Part shown: piece by piece, positions 38,301 to 45,856 of the stretch
Position numbering within the stretch: position 1 is the first letter of the stretch
Layout of the letters: every line of letters begins with the position of its first letter
Source of the DNA: Veleropilina oligotropha
Lineage: Eukaryota
Length of the DNA stretch: 64,000 nucleotides
NCBI GenBank assembly: GCA_048128005.1
Contig: JBEUKZ010000084.1
Location: 124,001 to 188,000, forward strand
Direction: 5' to 3'
Program-made: the position numbers and the translations under genes
The notes under the pieces: model-generated
What the model saw: only the letters and a program-made list of their open reading frames with translations
Told to the model about the DNA's origin: nothing
Database searches by the model: none

Positions 38301-39285
38301 AAACACACGATAAATTGTAAGGCAGAAAGTACTATTTTTTGTTGAGACACGCCTAGAACAGAAGGTGAGATAGTTTGTCCAGAAGATTTGGATGGACAAT
38401 GCTTGTTGACATCTTCTAAGGAGCTTAGAAGAATCTCAAGTAACTGCAGACAAGTCATGACGAACTTCCACTTGATGTCGTAAGCGTCTTCGATAGCACC
38501 TGATTTTTTTTGCATTGCATGATTTAGTAAGCAGAACTTCTTGTCGTCTGAAAGGGTAGCCTTCAACGTCAACACTCGACTCTCTAACAAACCATCAAAA
38601 CTGCCTTCTGCATCATTCATTACCGGTGCTAAAATAAAAGAGAACGTAATTAGTCATCAATAAAGAATATATATAATAATTTTAAACAAAAGAAACAAAT
38701 ATTAGTGGTTGGAAGAACAAATTGTTTTATTTTCTTCTTGTGAATATTGATATTTCTGGAACATTGATATGACGGCAGTTTCAAAAAGCTATTTGCAGTA
38801 TCATGGCAGAGAATCTTTTTTTTAAATAACTGCATATGCCCGGTGCCACACCCTGTTTTAGAGGTACGAGACTAGAATATGCCAAAATAGGTTAAGCTTG
38901 TTTACACTCAACAAGTTTCAGAAAGTTGCCTGCAATAATAATATTATCAGTGATTGTCAGCAGGTAAGACATAGCGCTTTTCAACAAGGACGTCAACTGC
39001 AATTCTCTCTGGAGATGATATCGCACGTATGATACGCTGATAACCAGATTGTGAAGTTGTGAAATCATCATGTGCTTCCTATCAGTATGTGTATAAAGAT
39101 TTGATCCTACATAATAGCCTTAATCAAGTTCTATAATTGTGATTTCAGATAAAGTATTTCTTATTCTTCTTATGACCACCTGTTACTCAGTTTATACCTT
39201 TTTCCGGTGATGCCAGATGACCTGCTGTTGTCAGGATTTTGAGTGCTTCCAGTACTATTGATGGTTCTGTAGCTATCTTCTCCAT
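5166..39285 (-). CDS. TANGO6: Transport and Golgi organization protein 6 homolog, 16 coding exons, ~1121 aa
   Basis: Exons reconstructed with GT-AG boundaries and consistent phases: 39198-39285, 37805-38628, 36581-36716, 19386-19498, 18854-19016, 18634-18707, 16749-16861, 16375-16578, 15870-15981, 15360-15581, 14350-14475, 13055-13243, 11839-12376, 11005-11156, 8701-8814, 5166-5363 (sum 3366 nt, divisible by 3). Peptides recognised as TANGO6-like in the expected order: LEALKIL, SQQKIV..LQFIVCLGICPNL..GVGVPL, VYQPLLVRELLILQGGP, DWRKCD, IFLENLSHDDTYLYL, RASSMSNLGELC, ELDTIMKDYLFP. Confidence 0.93.
5576..7460 (+). mobile_element. Helentron-associated (HINE/DINE-like) element with ~10 tandem ~180-bp units
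   Basis: 5' TTTTTATGCCCCGGGA..TCCCGAAGGGCATATAG plus short GTGT/GTCC tract, central repeats (GAGTGTATATGGCTTGCTCAAGGGACTTTTTGGCA...), 3' GGGGCATA..CTAGTT. Confidence 0.7.
7810..8444. repeat. DNA-transposon-like remnant with repeated ATAAGGGCATGCCCTTAT palindromes
   Basis: Multiple copies of the GCATGCCCTTATA and TATTCGAATATAAG motifs near both ends. Confidence 0.45.
8701..8814 (-). CDS. TANGO6: TANGO6 coding exon 15
   Basis: KSDSEPEVRKAACLVITMLLQG. Confidence 0.9.
8868..10127. mobile_element. Non-autonomous TIR element (~1.26 kb)
   Basis: 18-bp imperfect TIR CAGCCGTGCGTTCAGGAT / ATCCTGAATGCACGGCAG; no clear TSD. Confidence 0.55.
10130..10380 (-). mobile_element. tRNA-derived SINE
   Basis: Pol III A box TAGCTCAACTGG and B box GGTTCAAGCCC on the minus strand, no proper anticodon arm; body limit approximate. 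Confidence 0.6.
10545..10802 (-). mobile_element. tRNA-derived SINE (family shared with 15060-15290)
   Basis: A box TAGCGCAGTGG, B-box-like GGATCGACCCC, core GGTTTACCCGGGCGACCGGGGTTTCCTCCC; second copy in window. Confidence 0.7.
11005..11156 (-). CDS. TANGO6: TANGO6 coding exon 14
   Basis: GDMIPKYR..VRASSMSNLGELC. Confidence 0.92.
11839..12376 (-). CDS. TANGO6: TANGO6 coding exon 13
   Basis: ORF 11831..12376; DPHIPVRGHAL, IFLENLSHDDTYLYL, RIKLGECLVK. Confidence 0.92.
13055..13243 (-). CDS. TANGO6: TANGO6 coding exon 12
   Basis: ELLPLFEQIATSHPD..EMAADIRVAIATHG; CAG|GTGAGA donor. Confidence 0.88.
13625..13890 (-). mobile_element. SINE with L2-like (TTA)n tail
   Basis: B box GGTTCAACCCC, core TTCACCCAGC..AAATGAGTACCTGG, tail AAGCGCTTTGAGC..ATTATTATTA. 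Confidence 0.6.
14350..14475 (-). CDS. TANGO6: TANGO6 coding exon 11
   Basis: TLERC..ETLTMAMGLLTAMLAGG. Confidence 0.88.
15060..15290 (-). mobile_element. tRNA-derived SINE, second copy
   Basis: Shares ACTGTTCGCGTCAGCGGAA, TTGAACAAATGTGTGCTGCC and AAACCCGCCCT with 10545-10802. Confidence 0.7.
15360..15581 (-). CDS. TANGO6: TANGO6 coding exon 10
   Basis: Within ORF 15351..15617; LNLLATICESLG..HVLEFVK. Confidence 0.87.
15870..15981 (-). CDS. TANGO6: TANGO6 coding exon 9
   Basis: LLKDLQVDGLAGEFFLYSLT; GTAAGT donor. Confidence 0.85.
16375..16578 (-). CDS. TANGO6: TANGO6 coding exon 8
   Basis: SACHEILVTLSKQLDREQAMSCFKVFAF..; phases consistent. Confidence 0.85.
16749..16861 (-). CDS. TANGO6: TANGO6 coding exon 7
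   Basis: ICVSGSEP..IFQLYCAAQRSVTHLR; AG|GTGAGT donor. Confidence 0.85.
17570..18502 (-). mobile_element. Helentron-associated (HINE-like) element with ~6 tandem ~145-bp units
   Basis: Units AAAAGTAGGTCACGGTGACCTACTTTT..GCGACACACCTTT.., GACA/GACG microsatellite, terminal hairpin ATGCCCCC..GGGGGCATAA; a solo copy of the same terminus lies at ~4642-4684. Confidence 0.72.
18634..18707 (-). CDS. TANGO6: TANGO6 coding exon 6
   Basis: VATEEEITSCIENIHK; TTTTAG acceptor, AAG|GTGCGT donor. Confidence 0.82.
18854..19016 (-). CDS. TANGO6: TANGO6 coding exon 5
   Basis: ILALLQCPDRSVARQFLRVA..FLLQPFLKPL; canonical splice sites. Confidence 0.88.
19386..19498 (-). CDS. TANGO6: TANGO6 coding exon 4 (DWRKCDAVAMVISNCP..YYRQVSPQ)
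   Basis: Within ORF 19362..19799; canonical splice sites. Confidence 0.88.
21925..24885 (-). CDS. DIRS-A tyrosine recombinase ORF3 (overlaps ORF2 in another frame)
   Basis: R in ATGNRASEI, K in FLAKTQ, CPVRAL, HETR, GYWKS..TFVRFY: complete YR catalytic set in the C-terminal ~350 aa. Confidence 0.92.
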   Translation of the reverse strand: MHASAGGSVSVRVQPVLARNDRGQLGSLSRECRIQVGIRPASNPRRDTTTRTRSSPVRRKTSRPRPGSAGFTLKESDLSRAAQHTRILQPLFPGPETRWPLATDPRSVVPQPVSSYREVQARNTLEDTNGHPSGRLGSVYRLNRCVPTRSDARLGSPVPTVCSRGNGLPIQVSTVRSIVSPVRLHAGSTGSRRLPTLARAQSTHVPRRLVDSRGVPGSVPPVYERYPVIGEAPRITDQQRQILRRALDDVYISRGRIRHGPVHRETDSETYREPTRSYTGNKVFTDNYSATTGHCPRAHRVGSSPVTDGSHGQTTVAAGLQGPLDTTYGTVDGSHRSSALVQSHDSSVVEHYPAEPVGSNIPPRTERLPLHGRVKRGLGRSPRQSRDIGPLAYGPSGTTHQLPRVRSRLPVSTVPLVTSPQQAHNASNGQHDCRRLHPAPGRHSLPSALRPSDRPTPPSDVTQLVNSSPTHPGEAECQSGYALSENTDYTHRVDATRPCSPRCLPLVVAASSRSIRNRIQSPTPSLCVSLPGPGRYCGRRSVNEMGESDRLRLPTVVHVGTSTTESDPRRLRVDANSTSTTHAVLVSDTSGSTHRSATSATADDRPVIATAQSGSTPVGERVSLSRLATIERSLIKKGFSRATAQRIYRSRRQSTTRVYDYRWKKFVDWCRGRQVNIFRPPVTKFIEFLSSLLERGMSISTVKGYRSCVATTLRQCREHTRLSTDKTISDFIRSYQLERPIQRVRPPAWNVLLILNALLRGPYEPMSDCSLKNLTYKTVFLTALATGNRASEIHALSGELRNIHFHTNGSVTLHTVLGFLAKTQRPEDISPEVCIRNLSMLDRNDIDRLNCPVRALRFYLDRTRDLRQHKKRLFISHMPQFHRDIRKTTVSRWIVSVVKEIYSRSNEPERNLVSIHAHETRALATSLAFKHNLNINAILKAGYWKSANTFVRFYLRDYATTAGGEHRISFVAAGQQCIRGSGSSLQ
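22839..24893 (-). CDS. DIRS-A reverse transcriptase / RNase H / Dam-like methyltransferase ORF2
   Basis: FLVPKPDGRWRPILDL, IDLTDAYLHVP, LPFGLSSAP, YLDDWL; RNase H FTDAS, INFLELEA, TDNTT; MT-like DLFA..DAL..W..YAFPP; frame open from 25199, start uncertain. Confidence 0.93.
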   Translation of the reverse strand, partial: ELSCTLPPVGACLLEYSLSWLEMTEDNWVHSVVSAGYKLAFDRHPTLDATPPPGRARLLLGEKQAVLDQAVRDLLSKRAIYPAPPSTPGYYSHFFLVPKPDGRWRPILDLSFLNQYLRTEKFKQETLSKIRTAIRPGDWAASIDLTDAYLHVPMHVSAHRYLRFVHGGTVYQFRCLPFGLSSAPYVFTRVVQALGAFLHSQGHRVHMYLDDWLILGASRDQCLQSMSVTLSSAKRLGLQINNDKSCVVPSTTFIFLGVEFDTVRYTAKPTQKRIENLRAVILETKSSRITTARRLATVLGHIESVAPLLPTGRMDKRPLQQAFKDRWIQRTGQWTDRIDLRHWFNRTTAVWLNTTLPSQSVPISPPEPNAYLFTDASNEGWGGHLDSHETSGLWPTDLQGRHINFLELEAVYLSVQSLSSHLRNKHIMLATDNTTVVAYIQHQGGTRSRPLCDRAIDLHRLVMSLNSSIRARHIPGKLNVRADTLSRKTQIIHTEWTLHARVARDVCRLWSQPQVDLFATEYNHRLPLYVSPYPDPAAIAVDALSMRWENLIAYAFPPSCMLAQVLRKATREDCELTLIAPLQRTQSWFPTLLDLLIDQPRALPQMTDLLSQPRSRVLHPSASEFHFHAWRLSRDRSSRKAFLERQPSAFTDLEDNLQQGYMTTDGRNLWIGVAGGKSIYSAPL
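24913..27132 (-). CDS. DIRS-A Gag-like ORF1 with N-terminal Cys/His cluster
   Basis: ORF 24913..27144; likely start MKHCSVSEC at 27132 by alignment with element B; C-terminal LLRRDA motif and basic tail. Confidence 0.85.
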   Translation of the reverse strand: MKHCSVSECRQKIRGFDKHSECTFHRVCSSDKDHPCGHCVTLTDRQWETLFPSEKTTRVSSSEGASTEKLQRLETGFNPSLSLSDPLDGSRGGLDDTSETLGKVPESSGSQIQVRARVPTDTSPLGLVTAAQSILPASEIHRAPRRKAVQGRQNLSSPPASEEQGSVSPSVSQVTSEKRRRRLAEKVDTVAGHHESGRSSRRSTQPVLSSDNGASLKANPATVGAHESDGRPTSSDDSYQDVPGGVVGPAAFGAEAYGGYTPVPHPGRVTDPYGLWSQSYGSFAPFNAPPGRFPGCGFPTGNPSPWYSAPPVRAARQPCATVTSSGPMAVGPTSVMPPGFSMENVQAMIAMEVEARCRSWQPATQPPQVPTSLTVTPGSAHASVMEVDPRSDEDSASTHSDLPESVGPDDSCSQSGTHETISATRRRYDAVASLRGVLDLPDPALPVGFVRHRTAARRFDGPEAPLLPTLPQSGLVSLVLDSATKSIQGSKSVETSSLTEYPSGLRKGKYLRPSRRPISIGCSGACLETEPVQIDAAMRRLSASTAPSVVKVPWVAMEGFESSARRALRHASIQDFFLDGAITVLQENGPRAREIALSFLEEVAASTENSASESARSLGNAVLLRRDACLDGTTLDDATRQSLRCVPLSASTLFGDKFPEFVEKRAADLKDRAIEKAVLATPRSMPAATSRKRSRPSRSHTPSKRAKPSPGRPSQAKKPVAKPAPPTKSRQSGRGKPRP
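29297..32233 (-). CDS. DIRS-B tyrosine recombinase ORF3
   Basis: ASGKRVSEI, FIAKNQ, CPVRAL, HETR, GYWRN..FVKHY. Confidence 0.92.
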   Translation of the reverse strand: MPVRLQPDVARVNRQQLGPFSRECWIQVGVQPASNPIRDTTTKTRSPPSRREASGLRPGSAGLTPKRSHLSRAAQHTRILQPFLPGPETRWPLETDPRSLAPQPLFAYREVPARNTLEDTSGHPSGRLGSVYRPDRCVLTRSDACLGSSVPQVYTRGDDLPIQVPTVRSIVSPLRLHAGSTGSRGLPTLARAQSTHVSRRLVDSRGVPGSVPPVYERYPVIGEAPRITDQQREILLRALDDVYVPRSRLRHGPVHREADRETYREPTRSYPGHKVIGDSHGATTGHCPGAHRVGSAPATDRTNGQTTVTAGLQGPLGATDGTVDGSYRSSALVQSLDSSVAEPCIAEPVGSHFPARTERLPIHGRFERGLGRSPRQLRDIGPLADGPAGTTHKLSRTRSGLPDSTVLLVTSPQQAHTARHGQHDCRRIRSTPGRHSLASPMRPSNRPTPLSDVPQLDDTSTTHPGNIERPSGLALSEIADYTHRVDATQPCSSGGLSPVVSTPSRSVCNRVQSPTPSVCLPVPGPGRPCGRRVVNDMGESDRVRLPPVVHITTSTTEGSARPLRDNANSASKSHAVLVSDSSRSNRRSTACVTAKAGPANATTLTGVTPVVERTSFTRMAVIERSLVEKGFSRATALRIYRSRRQSTSKVYDYRWVKYVDWCHRREVNILRPPVNKFIEFITSLFERGLSVSAVKGYRASISTTLKQCRSRIDLSSDRTISDLIRSYELERPISLARPPAWNIILILIALLESPFEPLRNASIRNLTYKTVFLIAFASGKRVSEIHSFSAELRDIRFQSDGSVILRPILGFIAKNQRPGDIAPEVVIPTLSIVGRNDIDRLNCPVRALRYYLDRTRDFRRGKKRLFISYLPNFTRDVSKNTISRWICRTVQQIYSNSNEADPNLIAVRAHETRAISTSLAFRHCLNITSLLQAGYWRNPNVFVKHYLRDFSTGADGLSSVQCVAAQHCITRTSRLNTR
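30211..32265 (-). CDS. DIRS-B RT / RNase H / Dam-like methyltransferase ORF2
   Basis: Same motifs as A (YLDDWL, YTDAS, DLFA..YAFPP), uninterrupted. Confidence 0.93.
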   Translation of the reverse strand: MLSCALPPVGACLLGYSQTWLELTDSSWVHSVVSAGYKLAFNRHPTLSVTPPPRHARLLHGEKQAVLDQAVRDLLLKGAIYPAPPSTPGFYSHFFLVPKPDGRWRPILDLSHLNRYLRTEKFQQETLSKIRAAIRPGDWAASIDLTDAYLHVPMHASAHQYLRFIHGETIYQFRCLPFGLSSAPYVFTRVVQALGAFLHSLGHRVHMYLDDWLILGASRDQCLQSMSVTLSSAKRLGLQINNEKSCFVPSTTFTFLGVVFDTVRYTAKPTEKRIVNLRAVIQDTRSSGIATARQLATVLGHIESVAPLLPTGRMDKRPLQQAFRDRWVQRTGQWTDRIDLRHWFNHSTAVWLNPALPSQSVPISPPEPSAFLYTDASNEGWGGHLDSYETSGLWPTDLQGRHINYLELEAVYLTVRSFSSHLRNKHILLATDNTTVVAYVQHQGGTRSRPLCDRAIDLHRLVMSLNSTIRARHIPGILNVRADSLSRKSQIIHTEWTLHSRVAREVCRRWSQPQVDLFATEFNHRLPLYVSPYPDPAALAVDALSMTWENLIAYAFPPSSILRLVLQKAARDRCEITLIAPLNRTQSWFPTLLDLIVDRPLALPQRPDLLMQPRSRVLHPSSNELRLHAWRLSNDRLLRKDFLALQPSAFTDREDNLHLKSMTTDGSNMWIGVTGGKLIYSVPL
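32285..34532 (-). pseudogene. DIRS-B Gag-like ORF1, frameshifted
   Basis: ORFs 33123..34532 and 32285..33082 together align to A Gag; ~5 nt missing relative to A near 33170-33185. Confidence 0.82.
36581..36716 (-). CDS. TANGO6: TANGO6 coding exon 3 (..PVWLRGACGRLLSDILMKPQGVQHILRGMLDG..)
   Basis: Hand translation; TTTCAG acceptor, G|GTCAGC donor; not in ORF track. Confidence 0.88.
36925..37629. mobile_element. hAT-like MITE
   Basis: 13-bp TIR CAGTGTTGCCAGT / ACTGGCAACACTG; flanks share AAAGTG (imperfect TSD). Confidence 0.7.
37805..38628 (-). CDS. TANGO6: TANGO6 coding exon 2
   Basis: Largely ORF 37751..38620; acceptor TTTTAG, donor AAG|GTAGCT. Confidence 0.9.
39198..39285 (-). CDS. TANGO6: TANGO6 coding exon 1 (MEKIATEPSIVLEALKIL...)
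   Basis: ATG at 39285, donor AG|GTATAA; its phase 1 end joins exon 2 in frame. Confidence 0.8.
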
Positions 39286-39543
39286 ATTCAGTTGTACTAA
39301 CTGTATTCCTGCATTGAACAAAGCAAACATATATATATATATATCCATACGGTGGCAATTATGATACAAATCTTTGGCCTGTGAGCTTTTAAAATGTTTT
39401 CAAAGTGAACATTATTAAACGAGAGACACAGGATGACAATCTGACTATTATGTTCCTTTCTTTTCAAATCTTACTTTATGTCAATGACACAATTCAATGT
39501 TCATCTATCAATAACTTGCACACAGCACCAACTCATTACATCT

Positions 39544-40152
39544 GAGGCGTATTTATCGACCATCGATTTACTAAATCGTTAATCGGCGCATTTATTTAAC
39601 ATCAAATCTAATTCGCTTTAATAAATCGTCGCATTTATCTACATCCATATCGATTATACAAAATCGTCAAATTGCCTCTAGGGGCGATTTTGTCAATTTG
39701 AATCGACTCTTTCAACATGGCGTCGTTTTCGCCGAACGTCGCCGTGAATATTGTGAAGTAATATGGGGTTCTAGAATGTTCAGCAACTTTTCATATGCTG
39801 TTTGGTTCATACAACATCGCGATCGAACTTGTCATGTATATATCGGGAAACTGTATTTGCTACATAATCTTCTATTCTCAACCGATTGTGAGTTCTACAG
39901 TATTTCCCCAGGTCAGATTTCAAAAACATATCGCCTCCTTATTTTTATTATGAATTTCATGCCTAGATAGCTCGAGGAATATCATACTTAAAATCCCTTA
40001 TCGACAGTCATTCTCAGTAGCCATTTTGTCAATGGTCCAAATTTAAATTAGCGTATTTATCTACGTATGATCTAATTGCCAAAAGCGATTTTGCGTCATA
40101 GTAAATCTAAATTTAAATTCAAATTGATTTGAAATGTCGATAAATACGCCTC
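39544..40152. mobile_element. MITE upstream of the TANGO6 start codon
   Basis: 17-bp perfect TIR GAGGCGTATTTATCGAC / GTCGATAAATACGCCTC; subterminal AAATCG repeats. Confidence 0.7.
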
Positions 40153-41558
40153 CAAAGTTTACTGACCCAATTTATAACTATAATACTGTTGGCTTGGTCG
40201 TTAACACCAATTCATCATCATCATCACTATCAATAAACTTATGAATAACATCATATCAGTTGTTGTAGCTTATGGAGCATTTTAAATGTAAAACAAATTG
40301 AATACCGGTATTTGAAAAGGATTCATGTCATACATAGTAAAGACATCATATTTAAAATCTTTCTCTGTTGGAAAATTGAAAAAGTTACACCACACTTGGC
40401 TTATTACATAACAGATTGACCAGCATTTCATATTGCGAGGTATTCATCCTCTGAATTGTGCTCTTTCGTGATGGTAATATGTCATCCAAACCTGCAAGAC
40501 AGGTATATAACGAAAGACTTTTATACTGGGTTATATTTATTCTTCAGACAGACTAAAACTTAATTATATAATATTTATGAAAACGTCTAAGATATTATAA
40601 AGCTTATATAATATATAATTTCTAACTGTCGTGAGCTGCCATCAATAATTATTGATTTGCTTTATAGTTTACTTTGACAGTTGATCATCTATGTAAATTT
40701 ATGTGTGTAATAAATGTAAAATTATTAAATTCTAACAGCAATTTTGATCATATAATTGCTAAATTAATATCTGACGGTCTTTGTGCAAATGAGTTAATCG
40801 AAGTTAATGCGATTTTTACAATTTAAATGGGGAAAAGTCTACCAGTTTAAGTAGGACTTGTCTCGGGTACGACTTTACCTGCACCCTTTGAAAAGCTGAA
40901 GAAATTTTTTCAGCAATGGAATTCTATTGAATTTAAAATTATTGATTCAAGGAAATTACACCCTAATGAGTACTCCAACAACGTTAGAGCCTGCTATAGT
41001 TTCTAATCATGAAATTCACGTCAACCCGATCTCATATAAATTATAATGAGTCATAATTACGCAATTTACTGTCATATGTTATAGGAGTACCTAATGAGCT
41101 GATGAGTTCCAATGACTAACTGGGTAACTCTTGCTTGCACGATTCTATTGTTTTATTTTAACAGTAAATACTTTTCGAAACAAACACTCATTTACGTTAA
41201 CACATCTGGCTGCGCTACCTTTATCCGATGATTAACTGTATAATTTCAGGTCACGTGCGATCTTTTCACAATCAAAACTTTAACAAGGGAAGTAATTCCT
41301 GCTGTTTTAGTTTAGCAAAATGGGGATTTCCAATGACTCGTAGTGTATTCTTCTGCAGTATTGTTTATAACATGATATGTTATTCTGTAAACAATTAATC
41401 AAATATCCGGTAATAACAAATAGTATGAAGGGGATTATATTATAACGTCTGTAACATATATTAAAATTTAGCACCAAATGTGATTGCTGAAAGCAAAAAT
41501 TAAAAGTACTCTTGAAAGGAAGAGCTACATCAAGGGAGACAATTACGGTCAGATTGCG

Positions 41559-42452
41559 ATGGCGTTGTTTGGGAAAAACCAGGTGGGATTCAGACGGATC
41601 TTAAACAACATCGCAACGTTATCGATTCGTCATTTCAACGCAACTGATGCGGATCGAGAATTTCGCGTAAGTTATTTGGATGGAGACGACCAGGGCATCG
41701 CGTTGTTTCACATGAACAGACCTCATCGCAAGAATGCTCTGGGCATTCGGCTCGTTGACGAGTTCGTCGAGGCCTTGGAGGCGGTGAAGTATAACAATAA
41801 TATCCGCGCCCTCATCATGAAGAGCGATGTTCCGGGGATATACTGCGCCGGGGCAGATCTGAAAGAGAGAAAAGAAATGACCCCGGAGAGACTGAAGAAA
41901 TGGTCTCAAACAATTCGCTGCGCTTCTACCGAGTTGGCCAATCTTCCCTTTCCGACTATTGCGGCAATAGACGGCCCAGCGATTGGCGGCGGGTTGGAAC
42001 TGTCTTTGGCTTGTGATATGCGGGTAGCTTCCCGCAACTCTAAAATGGGACTAGTTGAAACAACCCTGGCTATTATTCCGGGTGCTGGGGGGACGCAACG
42101 GTTGCCAAGATTGGTGGGTCCCTCTATTGCCAAAGAACTTATATTTACAGGTAGAGTTATAGACTCTGACAGGGCACATGAATTGGGTATACTCAATTAT
42201 GTTGCTGACCAAAACGAGCAAGGAGACGGGGGTTATCAAAGAGCTCTGGAACTAGCAAGAGAAATCATTCCAAACGGCCCCGTTGCATTGAGAATGGCGA
42301 AAACCGCAATTAATAAGGGATTAGACGTGTCGATTGACTCTGGATTGCGTTTTGAAGAATTGTGTTATATGCAAATCATGCCGACAAAGGATCGAATTGA
42401 AGGACTAGTGGCATTTAAGGAGAAGCGAAAGCCAAAATATCAAGGGGAATAA
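41559..42452 (+). CDS. AUH: Intronless methylglutaconyl-CoA hydratase (AUH)-like crotonase, copy 1 (297 aa)
   Basis: Basic N-terminus resembling a mitochondrial presequence; YCAGADLKER, GGGLELSLACD, GLVETTLAIIPGAGGTQRLPR, PTKDRIEGLVAFKEKRKPKYQGE. Confidence 0.85.
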   Translation: MALFGKNQVGFRRILNNIATLSIRHFNATDADREFRVSYLDGDDQGIALFHMNRPHRKNALGIRLVDEFVEALEAVKYNNNIRALIMKSDVPGIYCAGADLKERKEMTPERLKKWSQTIRCASTELANLPFPTIAAIDGPAIGGGLELSLACDMRVASRNSKMGLVETTLAIIPGAGGTQRLPRLVGPSIAKELIFTGRVIDSDRAHELGILNYVADQNEQGDGGYQRALELAREIIPNGPVALRMAKTAINKGLDVSIDSGLRFEELCYMQIMPTKDRIEGLVAFKEKRKPKYQGE

Positions 42453-44149
42453 AGGCATTTAAACGCTCAGATCACGTGTCTTGCTTACGATACAAAGAGG
42501 ATAGTATCCGGATCATTGTTTCTGATGATTAGGCCTATGTAAACGAAACCTGTCAGGTTATTGGTACCGCAAGCGATACTTCATTATCGATATCATACGC
42601 GACATGGCCTAGTATGATTGTTGCGAATGACGGAAAATATTATTCTGAAGATTGATCAATTCAAACTACAAAGTATTAATTATATGTAAATGGCGTTTTT
42701 TGCCGTATTTACTATTTATGTCCTATTTTGTCGTATTTATGATCTATTGTTTACACAAACGGAATCCATGCGAGATATGTGAATGGAAGAAATTGTATTT
42801 CCGATAATCAAATAGAAATAATTTTCAATAAAATTGAAAATAAAGAAATACAATGATTATGCGTATAATCGTTTTGACATTTGATGAATTATTCAGTTTA
42901 ATATCTTGTCAGCCATCTTGTTTTGTACATCTGATGGTGGGATCTTTGGCTACATTTAACGAATGCTGGCATCGCATGCTTTCGGCATTGATTGATTGGA
43001 TATCTTCATCCGTTCATTTATATGTCAAATATTAAGATGAGCTTATTCAGAGTGTTTCGTAGAACAGAAATCGACGTTCAATAATCAAGATTGAAGTAAT
43101 CTGGTCAATGAATGGCGGATTAAGTTACTTGATGCATCACAAAGTGGCAGGCAACCACCAGTATCTCGCGATGCACAAAAACCATGCAGTGGAAATATCA
43201 CAACAGGGTCTTCTTGGTCTTTGGTCTGCGACGATCGAGTATATACTAATATGGTCCACGTTCTATAAAGATCTCAATGTGTTATAATATGTTACCAACT
43301 TACCATGTTCAAGTACTAGTGTATGGTACAGCTATGTGATAAATTTGTGCCCATAAACCTTAAGTCGAGACAATCTTATCGAACGAATTTCTAGATCTTG
43401 TGACTAGTAATCTTTCATTACTTCTGAATTCTTCAGGTAAATCCTTAAGTTCCTACATCCATATTGTATTACACCAACTATGAATTTAAATACAAAACAA
43501 CTATAAAATGCAACAATCGTTGGAATTTAAACATTGTAACATTTTATTTCATGATGTGGAATAATCGTATCAACTTTAAATGAAGTCAGGGAAATAATCA
43601 ATGATTGCACGAAACATGTCGGTAGACAAGTAAGCATCATGTTACTATCTTTTGATAGTATCATTTAATTGTGGTCGCAGCTAGCTATCAGTTGGAATGA
43701 TATTTGATGTCCTCGTACATCATCATGTATTATTCGTATAGAAAAGACATATGTCAGATGTCTCTCCGTTTTCGAGTCATGTGACACATTGCTGTATAAA
43801 TTATGGGGCGATGTGGTCGAGTTAGTATGCTGCTTGAGACGCATTTCGATTCCCGAATGTTTCAAAAAAAATCTCAGGTCTCAATTGCAGATAATAACAT
43901 ATATTATATCGGATAAATGCGTTAAACTGGTGCCCCGAAAACAGTACGAATGAAATATTGTTAAAATTGTGGTTATAAATCTAACCGATTCAAATTAAAT
44001 CGACATAGGCCTACAGAAGAAACAACGTTCCCCGAACTGAAAATGGTAAACTGTGGAATTGACACCTAGTCAGAATTGGAACGACTACCAGCCGAGTTCG
44101 ATTACCTTGGAATGCCTGGACCTATAGTTCTGTGTAATAACAGATGCTG

Positions 44150-45500
44150 TTGGTTTAGCGGACATGTGGGACGCCGTCAAAGGCCTTGCTGCGATCAAGG
44201 ACTGCAATGCATTCTTACGGTCGTCCAAAGACTTCGCTAATCCATGCTGACAGTCAATTCAAATATTGCGGGCGTCTAAGTGATCCCTGCCGAAACATGT
44301 TCAGGCTGGAACCTTTGCAATTTAAACGGATGACCGTAAGAGACACCGAGTGATAGCCTGACTATGATCGATCACCTTTAGAAAAGGTAGAGTAATTAAA
44401 GCTTTCAGTCAGTCTACGGGTACCACACCTGAGGTCAGTAATAGAGTCAGTAACTCTGAATATAGTGGATACAAGTGTCGTCAACAAGCAGGCACGTGGA
44501 AGATTTGAATCTAGAACTGGATAATACTCGACGGCGTCGATAGAGGCTTTTGCCGAGGCACAAGGTGCGAATGGTTTCCTAGTTTCAACTATATATACAT
44601 AGTTACACCTATGTAGACTATTTACAGTCATGTTCTGATAGGGAGTTCAGAACTGGATTCCAGCCAATACGGTTTTGAATTGGCCGACGGTCAACGCAGT
44701 GGATTGTGAACTGGTTCATAGCACAACTGTCCTAGGCAAGAAGCTGTGCTTGTAGGCGTCCGCTATTGGTTGGTATGTGACGAATCGCATGCTGTTGTCG
44801 TTGCTGCGAGTTCCATACTGGCTGTGAGCTGACGCTGGATCGTTCTCCAAGGGTGTGTGCACAGAGTGGTTCACAGCATGGTGACACTTGCCTTCTTCCG
44901 TTGATTCTCCAGAAACTTCCACTTCAGATCTTGCTGTCATACTCCACTGTAAGGCTCATTATGGTTTTGTATACCTTTTCTTTCAGTTCCTGGGGGCACT
45001 GATGAAGGGCATTGTGTAAAAACAACCGAGAAGGCGTTGGACCTTGGTCATTTTCGTGCTGATGTGTCTATCCCATTTCAGTTTAGAGTTGATTTTTATA
45101 CCAAGATATGGCCATGCTACGCTCGATGTTCTGGTGATCATGGTGTAGGGATGTTCTTGGTGTGGTTGGTGATCGATAGGATGTTGCACATTGAACTACA
45201 CCTGCCAGTCAATGTTCCATTGATAGGCCTGCTCGCAGCATGGCCATGTCGGCAGCGCACGGGATCTCTCGATACAGCAGACAGTCATTCGAACACAGCT
45301 CTAGTCTCGATGTTATGCCATTTCCAGTGTCATTGGGATAGTGGAGGAAGAGTAGTGGTCCCAGCACAGAACCCTGTGGGACTCCATATATGTATAACTT
45401 TGCTGAGACTTCCGTCTGAATGTTCCGATGAACAAGAGCGGGTTCGAAACGTCGGCTGGGCACTCGATTCAATTAACAGTCACTTTTGTTCATAACTGAC
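44150..45500 (-). mobile_element. Degraded non-LTR retrotransposon RT fragments (CR1/L2-like)
   Basis: GVPQGSVLGPLLFL, YLGIKINSKLKWDRHI, YKHSFLPRTV in broken frames; displaced KAFDGVPH fragment near 44165-44190. Confidence 0.7.
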
Positions 45501-45856
45501 TGTGGTTTCTTCCCGCGATAATATGGACATATTCTGATACGAACATGAAGGACGTTATAAAATGGGCATCGATCAAGGCGTTTCAACATCAACTGTTGAA
45601 AATACTGTAGTTAGCCTACATGTTGGGATATGGCGGTTGACACTCCCCATATATCGGAATTTTTATTACGGACTTTTTAATTAATTTTTCAACCAATCTT
45701 GAGCGATAGTACACTATCAGCCAGGAGTCCATGGAAGGCAAAGGTTGCACAATTTATATGACAGTCTCGGGGACTGTGTATTTAGTCCCCCACTTTAGCG
45801 AAGCGGGGGACTCTATTATTAGGTTCCGTCCCGTACGTCCGTATGACCTTGTTAGT

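Noticed and set aside
41559..42452. Bacterial horizontal transfer of the intronless crotonase genes
   Set aside because: The presequence-like N-terminus and animal AUH-type motifs (DVPGI.CAGADLK, PTKDR.E.L.AFKEKR.P.Y.GE) favour retroposition; not tested phylogenetically.
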